Shown piece by piece: positions 38,352-46,219 of a DNA stretch of 46,219 nucleotides. Each line of letters starts with the position of its first letter. Position 1 is the first letter of the stretch. Position numbers and translations under genes: made by a program. Location: assembly GCA_002269645.1 (NCBI GenBank), contig NIVC01003882.1, positions 1 to 46,219 on the forward strand, in the 5' to 3' direction. Source of the stretch: Macrostomum lignano. Its lineage: Eukaryota. Under the pieces are notes generated by a model. That model had not been told where the DNA came from and did no database searches. It saw only the letters and a program-made list of their open reading frames with translations.

Positions 38352-38842
38352 CTTATATAGCCTTCCTTATGACGCTTCCTTATATAGCCTTCCCAGCCGC
38401 CGCTCCAAGGTCGTTTCCATGACTCTCTCTCTCTCTGATTGGCTGCCGGCAGAATGACGTCAGAATGAGTCATGATGAGAAGCATGAGAATGGCAAAGCA
38501 ACATGAGAAATGGGAAAATTGTGCAATCCAGAGGTGGGGTGGGAGCATAATTGGCGCAGCGGGAGGTCGCGAAAATGTTGCGCAAGCAAACATTGAGAAC
38601 AATTGGGGTGGGGTCGAGGACAAAGGAAATAGAAATCGGGATAATTGGGGAGAACCGAGAACAATAGAAAAGTAAACATTGGAGAAAAGGTGCTAATTGG
38701 GTGCGAAAATGAGAACAAAAGAATCAAAAACGAGAACAATAGAACCGGAGGTGGGGTGGGTGTGGCATGAGAAATTTGGAGAGGAGAGCAATTGCATGAG
38801 AAAAGGTTGCGCAAGAGGGGGTGGTGAGTCATCGATGAGTCA
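38352..38842 (-). promoter_or_regulatory. Putative Pol II promoter/enhancer facing left (TATA x2, CCAAT, CRE, AP-1, C/EBP-like sites)
   Basis: CTATATAAG on the minus strand at 38352-38360 and 38379-38387; CCAAT at 38437-38443; TGACGTCA at 38455-38462; TGAGTCA at 38466, 38825 and 38836; TTGCGCAA at 38578 and 38807. A strong minus-strand donor CAG|GTAAGT lies at 38031/38030. Confidence 0.4.
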
Positions 38843-39019
38843 TCGAGGGGAAAGAGGGGTCACAAGACTTTCGTCACCGTTTGGGAGTTTACTAAGGGGT
38901 GGGGAGACGGTGAGCGCACAAAGTACTGTAAGTAGGTACCAGAAAAGGGAGAGAGCGCAGAAAAACAGTGCAAAAAGAGACAAAAAGATAAGAAGCGGGA
39001 AAAGTACAAGCTAGATGGG

Positions 39020-42000
39020 GCCTCACTCACCCAGAACTACAAGGAAACTGACAGAAACGCCTCACTCACCCAGAACTACAAGGAAACTAACAGAAACGCC
39101 TCACTCACACAGAACTACAAGGAAACTCACACAAACGCCTCACTCACACAGAGCTACAAGGAAACTGACAGCAACGCCTCACTCACACAGAACTACAAGG
39201 CAACTGAGAGAAACACCTCACTCACACAGAACTACAAGGAAACAACTGACACAAACGCCTCACTCACACAGAACTACAAGGCAACTGAGAGAAACGCCTC
39301 ACTCACACAGAACTACAAGGAAACAACTGACACAAACGCCTCACTCACACAGAACTACAAGGAAACTAACAGAAACGCCTCACTCACACAGAACTACGAG
39401 TACAAGGAAACTAACAGAAACGCCTCATTCACCCAGAGCTACAAGGAAACTGACAGAAACGCCTCACTCAACCAGAACTACAAGGAAACTGACAAACGCC
39501 TCACTCACCCAGAACTACAACGAAACTGACAGAAACGCCTGACTCACACAGAACTACAAGGAAACTGACAGAAACGCCTCAATCGCACAGAACTACAAGG
39601 AAACTGAGAGAAACGCCTCACTCACACAGAGCTACAAGGAAACTGAGAGAAACGCCTCACTCACACAGAACTACAAGGAAACTAACAGAAACGCCTCACT
39701 CACACAGAACTACGAGTACAAGGAAACTAACAGAAATGCCTCACTCACACAGAGCTACAAGGAAACTGACAGAAACGCCTCACTCACACAGAACTACGAG
39801 TACAAGGAAACTAACAGAAATGCCTCACTCAACCAGAGCTACAAGGAAACAACTGACACAAACGCCTCACTCACACAGAACTACAAGGAAACTAACAGAA
39901 ACGCCTCACTCACACAGAACTACAAGGAAACTGACAGAAACGCCTCACTCACCCAGAACTACAATGAAACTGACAGAAACGCCTCACTCACACAGAACTA
40001 CAAGGCAACTGAGAGAAACACCTCACTCACACAGAACTACAAGGAAACAACTGACACAAACGCCTCACTCACACAGAACTACAAGGAAACAACTGACACA
40101 AACGCCTCACTCACACAGAACTACAAGGAAACAACTGACACAAACGCCTCACTCACACAGAACTACAAGGAAACTGACAGAAACGCCTCACTCACCCAGA
40201 ACTACAAGGCAACTGACACAAACGCCTCACTCACACAGAACTACAAGGAAACTGAGAGAAACGCCTCACTCACACAGAACTACAAGGAAACTAACAGAAA
40301 CGCCTCATTCACCCAGAGCTACAAGGAAACTGACAAACGCCTCACTCACCCAGAACTACAACGAAACTGACAGAAACGCCTGACTCACACAGAACTACAA
40401 GGAAACTGACAGAAACGCCTCAATCGCACAGAACTACAAGGAAACTGAGAGAAACGCCTCACTCACACAGAACTACAAGGAAACTAACAGAAACGCCTCA
40501 CTCACACAGAACTACGAGTACAAGGAAACTAACAGAAATGCCTCACTCACACAGAGCTACAAGGAAACTGACAGAAACGCCTCACTCACACAGAACTACG
40601 AGTACAAGGAAACTAACAGAAATGCCTCACTCAACCAGAGCTACAAGGAAACAACTGACACAAACGCCTCACTCACACAGAACTACAAGGAAACTAACAG
40701 AAACGCCTCACTCACACAGAACTACAAGGAAACTGACAGAAACGCCTCACTCACCCAGAACTACAATGAAACTGACAGAAACGCCTCACTCACACAGAAC
40801 TACAAGGCAACTGAGAGAAACACCTCACTCACACAGAACTACAAGGAAACAACTGACACAAACGCCTCACTCACACAGATCTACAAGGAAACAACTGACA
40901 CAAACGCCTCACTCACACAGAACTACAAGGAAACAACTGACACAAACGCCTCACTCACACAGAACTACAAGGAAACAACTGACACAAACGCCTCACTCAC
41001 ACAGAACTACAAGGAAACTGACAGAAACGCCTCACTCACACAGAACTACAAGGAAACTGACAGAAACGCCTCACTCACACAGAACTACAAGGAAACTGAC
41101 AGAAACGCCTCACTCACACAGAACTACAAGGAAACTGACAGAAACGCCTCACTCACACAGAGCTACAAGGAAACTGACAGCAACGCCTCACTCACCCAGA
41201 ACTACAACGAAACTGACATAAACGCCTCACTCACACAGAACTACAAGGAAACTGACAGAAACGCCTCAATCGCACAGAACTACAAGGAAACTGACAGAAA
41301 CGCCTCAATCGCACAGAACTACAAGGAAACTGACAGAAACGCCTCACTCACACAGAACTACAAGGAAACTGACAAACGCCTCACTCACCCAGAACTACAA
41401 CGAAACTGACATAAACGCCTCACTCACACAGAACTACAAGGAAACTGACAGAAACGCCTCAATCGCACAGAACTACAAGGAAACTGACAGAAACGCCTCA
41501 CTCACACAGAACTACAAGGAAACTGACAGAAACGCCTCACTCACACAGAACTACAAGGAAACTGACAGAAACGCCTCACTCACACAGAACTACAAGGAAA
41601 CTGACAAAAAAACGCCTCAATCGCACAGAACTACAAGGAAACTGAGAGAAACGCCTCACTCACACAGAGCTACAAGGAAACTGACAGAAACGCCTCACTC
41701 ACACAGAACTACAAGAAACTGACAGAAACGCCTCACTCACCAGAACTACAAGGAAACTGACAGAAACGCCTCACTCACACAGAGCTACAAGGAAACTGAC
41801 AGCAACGCCTCACTCACCCAGAACTACAAGGAAACTGACAAACGCCTCACTCACCCAGAACTACAACGAAACTGACATAAACGCCTCACTCACACAGAAC
41901 TACAAGGAAACTGACAGAAACGCCTCAATCGCACAGAACTACAAGGAAACTGACAGAAACGCCTCACTCACACAGAACTACAAGGAAACTGACACAAACG

Positions 42001-43934
42001 CCTCACTCACACAGAACTACAAGAAAACTGACAGAAACGCCTCACTCACACAGAACTACAAGGAAACTGACACAAACGCCTCACTCACACAGAACTACAA
42101 GGAAACTGACAGAAACGCCTCACTCACACAGAAATACAAGGAAACTGACACAAACGCCTCACTCACACAGAACTACAAGGAAACAACTGACACAAACGCC
42201 TCACTCACACAGAACTACAAGGAAACTGACAGAAACGCCTCACTCACACAGAACTACAAGGCAACTGAGAGAAACACCTCACTCACACAGAACTACAAGG
42301 AAACAACTGACAGAAACCCTCACTCACACAGAAATACAAGGAAACTGACAGAAACACCTCACTCACATAGAACTACAAGGAAACAACTGACACAAACGCC
42401 TCACTCACACAGAACTACAAGGAAACTGACAGAAACGCCTCACTCACACAGAAATACAAGGAAACTGACACAAACGCCTCACTCACACAGAACTACAAGG
42501 AAACTGACAGAAACGCCTCACTCACACAGAACTACAAGGAAACTGACAGAAACGCCTCACTCACACAGAACTACAAGGCAACTGAGAGAAACACCTCACT
42601 CACACAGAACTACAAGGAAACAACTGACACAAACGCCTCACTCACACAGAACTACAAGGAAACGGACACAAACGCCTCACTCACCCAGAACTACAATGAA
42701 ACTGACAGAAACGCCTCACTCACACAGAACTACAACGAAACTGTCAGAAACGCCTCACTCACCCAGAACTACAAGGAAACTGACAGAAACGCCTCACTCA
42801 CCAGAACTACAAGGAAACTAACAGAAACGCCTCACTCACACAGAACTACAAGGAAACTGACAGAAACGCCTCACTCACACAGAACTACAATGAAACTGAC
42901 AGAAACGCCTCACTCACACAGAACTACAATGAAACTGACAGAAACGCCTCACTCACACAGAACTACAAGGCAACTGAGAGAAACACCTCACTCACACAGA
43001 ACTACAAGGAAACAACTGACACAAACGCCTCACTCACACAGAACTACAAGGAAACAACTGACACAAACGCCTCACTCACACAGAACTACAAGGAAACAAC
43101 TGACACAAACGCCTCACTCACACAGAACTACAAGGAAACTGACAGAAACGCCTCACTCACACAGAACTACAAGGCAACTGAGAGAAACACCTCACTCACA
43201 CAGAACTACAAGGAAACTAACAGAAACGCCTCACTCAATCAGAACTACAACGAAACTGACAGAAACGCCTGACTCACACAGAACTACAAGGCAACTGAGA
43301 GAAACACCTCACTCACACAGAACTACAACGAAACTGACACAAACGCCTCACTCACACAGAACTACAAGGAAACTGACAGAAACGCCTCACTCACCCAGAA
43401 CTACAATGAAACTGACAGAAACGCCTCACTCACCAGAACTACAAGGAAACTGACAGAAACGCCTCACTCACCCAGAACTGCAAGGAAACTGACAGAAACG
43501 CCTCACTCACCAGAACTACAAGGAAACTGACAGAAACGCCTCACTCACCCAGAACTACAAGGAAACTGACAGAAACGCCTCACTCACCCAGAACTACAAG
43601 GAAACTGACAGAAACGCCTCACTCACCCAGAACTACTCGAAACTGACAGAAACGCCTCACTCACACAGAACTACAAGGAAACTGACAGAAACGCCTCACT
43701 CACCCAGAACTACAAGGAAACTGACAGAAACGCCTCACTCACCCAGAACTACAAGGAAACTGACAGAAACGCCTCACTCACCCAGAACTACTCGAAACTG
43801 ACAGAAACGCCTCACTCACCCAGAACTACAAGGAAACTGACAGAAACGCCTCACTCACCAGAACTACTCGAAACTGACAGAAACGCCTCACTCACACAGA
43901 TCTACAAGGAAACTGACAGAAACGCGTCACTCAC
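39020..43934. repeat. Large minisatellite, 39-bp unit ACAGAAACGCCTCACTCACACAGAACTACAAGGAAACTG, about 4.9 kb, with a ~800-bp higher-order duplication
   Basis: Tandem units; the same series of variant units starts at 39736 and 40538, 802 bp apart. Confidence 0.97.
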
Positions 43935-44243
43935 CCAGAGTATCGGTAAGCTCGGATATCCTTCGTGCCGGCACCTCCTGCAGTGGTCCCTGCTGCCACG
44001 GTCGCACTCCAGCAGGGCGCAGTCGCCCGATGCAGTGTCGAAAGACGCCACATGAGCCTTCGCCGCCTGAGATTTGCTAAGACAGACGAACTTGCTCTTA
44101 GCCTTGAACGTTGATAGCACCCTGTACTCGGCGAGGTCGCCTCAAACCGGCTTCCAGCTCCAAGATGACGTGGCAGAGACGGGCAGCGGAGACGGTAAAA
44201 CGCAGGTGACGGCCAGCAGCAACAGTTGAAGGGCCGCAGTCAT
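43935..44243 (-). pseudogene. First exon of a secreted Cys-containing protein (PAN/apple-like by eye) interrupted by an in-frame TGA
   Basis: ATG at 44243 gives MTAALQLLLLAVTCVLPSPLPVSATSSWSWKPV*GDLAEYRVLSTFKAKSKFVCLSKSQAAKAHVASFDTASGDCALLECDRGSRDHCRRCRHEGYPSLPILW, ending at a GTGAGT donor (43934). The TGA is at 44144-44142 and codons are GC-rich and coding-like. Confidence 0.5.
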
Positions 44244-45546
44244 TTCTCAGGGCAATTGGAGACTTTACTTTTAGGTTGTGGCGAATGCTTTGATGTTGCA
44301 AAGAAGCGATTGCAGTTTTTCTCTCGGAAGGGCCAGGATTTTTCGAACGCTGCAGATTTTGTGTCTGAAGTGACTCGTATTTATGCAGAATTTTTCAGCC
44401 TTTCAATTTTGCGTGAATGCCTGCAGATTTCTGTTGAATGAGGTGTGATACCTTTGACAATTTCTGTGCTGTGTTAATCTGCTTCATTGGTTGCATCTGC
44501 ATTTGGCTGTCTTGCCGCTTCAGCACGCTTGACAATGGCTTGACAGATGCCGCGCAGAAGAAAGCGAGTCTTTGAATTGTTTTGCTGCGTGAGGTAAACT
44601 GTTGATCCGTGAGGCGCTTCCAGACTGAGCTGCGCTGCATTGAGCTGCATTGCGCGGCACAATCAGTCATTGAAATGGTTGCTGAATTGCTTCTGCTTTC
44701 AGCTCTGTAGTTAAGATGGCTTCTGCTTCAGAATCCAGAATACAGACTCACCATTGAATGGCTCCACTCACGACAAAGATGTATTGTTTTCTGTTCAAAT
44801 ACTCCGTTCTGTTCCACTGGCTCCTCACTCACTGAATCGACGCAAAGCGACACTGCATAGCGAGACTTCAAAAATCTCCCTTTGAAGCAGTCGCTTTTTG
44901 TGTGTTTGTTTTTCTGCTCTTTATTCGGTTGAAAACAGTTTTCTTTCGACTCAGCTTTATCGTCATTTCGACTGACTCCTTTACCCGTCTCTATTGACAG
45001 CTGCTTTTGGTGAATAGTGTTAGGAAGAGAGAAAGTCAGCAAACCATGAAAAGAAGGCACGCATTTAGCGAAAATATTCTGCTGGATTATCAGGATGCTG
45101 TACTAGAATTGGCGCAAGTAAAATTAAGAAATTCATAGATAGCCAGAAGCAAGAATATTGCCCCATAGGCAAATGAACTGGCCGTGGCACCAGATATCCA
45201 TACGCTAAACTGCAATCGTGCAAAATTGTTTGCTTGAATTCCAGTTTGCTCAAAATCTAAGCACACGATCTCTTGCATCCCGGACTGTCATCACAGATTT
45301 TGTGTCCATGTATTGTGTCCAAGGCGCAGGTTGTGTCGAAGCATATTTTTTGGCATCAGTAAAAGCAACACGCAGGCTCGAACGCTGGCCAACACCAAGC
45401 AAAGAAATTGAATTGTAGAAGTCAGCCGCTTAGCAGGAACTCGAGCTCTCGCTGTGGGAAAGTCAAAAGCGTCATAGTTTGAATATAGGGCGGGTTAGGC
45501 CAAAGACCTTTCTCGCCAGTGGGACTTTAAAGTGGGTGTTACTAGA

Positions 45547-46208
45547 TATTAAAGTAGGTGTCGGTGGACATCAAAGTAGGTGTCGGTGGACATTAAAGTA
45601 GGTGTCGGTGGACATTAAAGTTGGTGTCGGTGGACATTAAAGTTGGTGTCGGTGGACATTAAAGTAGGTGTCGGTGGACATTAAAGTAGGTGTCGGTGGA
45701 CATTAAAGTAGGTGTCGGTGGACATTAAAGTAGGTGTCGGTGGACATTAAAGTAGGTGTCGGTGGACATTAAAGTAGGTGTCGGTGGACATTAAAGTAGG
45801 TGTGTCGGTGGACATTAAAGTAGGTGTCGGTGGACATTAAAGTTGGTGTCGGTGGACATCAAAGTAGGTGTCGGTGGACATTAAAGTAGGTGTCGGTGGA
45901 CATTAAAGTAGGTGTCGGTGGACATTAAAGTTGGTGTCGGTGGACATTAAAGTTGGTGTTAAAGTAGGTGTCGGTGGACATTAAAGTTGGAGTCGGTGGA
46001 CATTAAAGTAGGTGTCGGTGGACATTAAAGTAGGTGTCGGTGGACATTAAAGTTGGAGTCGGTGGACATTAAAGTAGGGTGTCGTGGACATTAAAGTTGG
46101 AGTCGGTGGACATTTAAAGTAGGGTCGTGGACATTAAAGTACGTGTCGTGGACATTAAAGTTGGTGTCGGCCGGTGGACATTTAACTAGGTATCGGTGGA
46201 CATTAGAG
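45547..46208. repeat. Minisatellite C, 22-bp unit AGGTGTCGGTGGACATTAAAGT
   Basis: About 30 tandem units. Confidence 0.95.
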
Positions 46209-46219
46209 CAAGTATCAAT

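Noticed and set aside
45240-45340. RING-like string SCIPDCHHRFCVHVLCP on the plus strand
   Set aside because: The ligand set is incomplete, the frame has several stops, and there is no supporting start codon or splice sites.
28938-46208. Regular 22-39-bp repeats as CRISPR arrays
   Set aside because: Units are head-to-tail with no unique spacers, there are no cas genes, and the context is spliced eukaryotic genes.

Overview
Eukaryotic (metazoan) genomic DNA with short GT-AG introns and very dense minisatellites. This style fits a free-living flatworm such as Macrostomum, which is an inference only. From left to right: (1) an 11-exon minus-strand voltage-sensing phosphatase gene (VSP/TPTE family; S1-S4 sensor, HCKGGKGRT phosphatase, C2 domain) whose last exon lies beyond the left edge; (2) a divergently oriented plus-strand PDZ scaffold gene with a harmonin-homology-like domain and a CORE-type tRNA-derived SINE in one intron; (3) an interstitial telomere-like tract; (4) four small secreted Cys-rich protein genes (NPC2/ML-domain, an orphan 6-Cys peptide, and two Ly6/three-finger paralogs, one GPI-tailed and one tailless); (5) four identical tRNA-Arg(ACG) genes interleaved with the second three-finger gene and with related minisatellites; (6) a 4.9-kb 39-bp array that begins at the splice donor of a signal-peptide exon carrying an in-frame TGA. 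Most long ORFs in the supplied track are tandem-repeat or antisense artefacts. All exon joins and comparisons were made by hand with no database searches; homolog sequences are recalled from memory.
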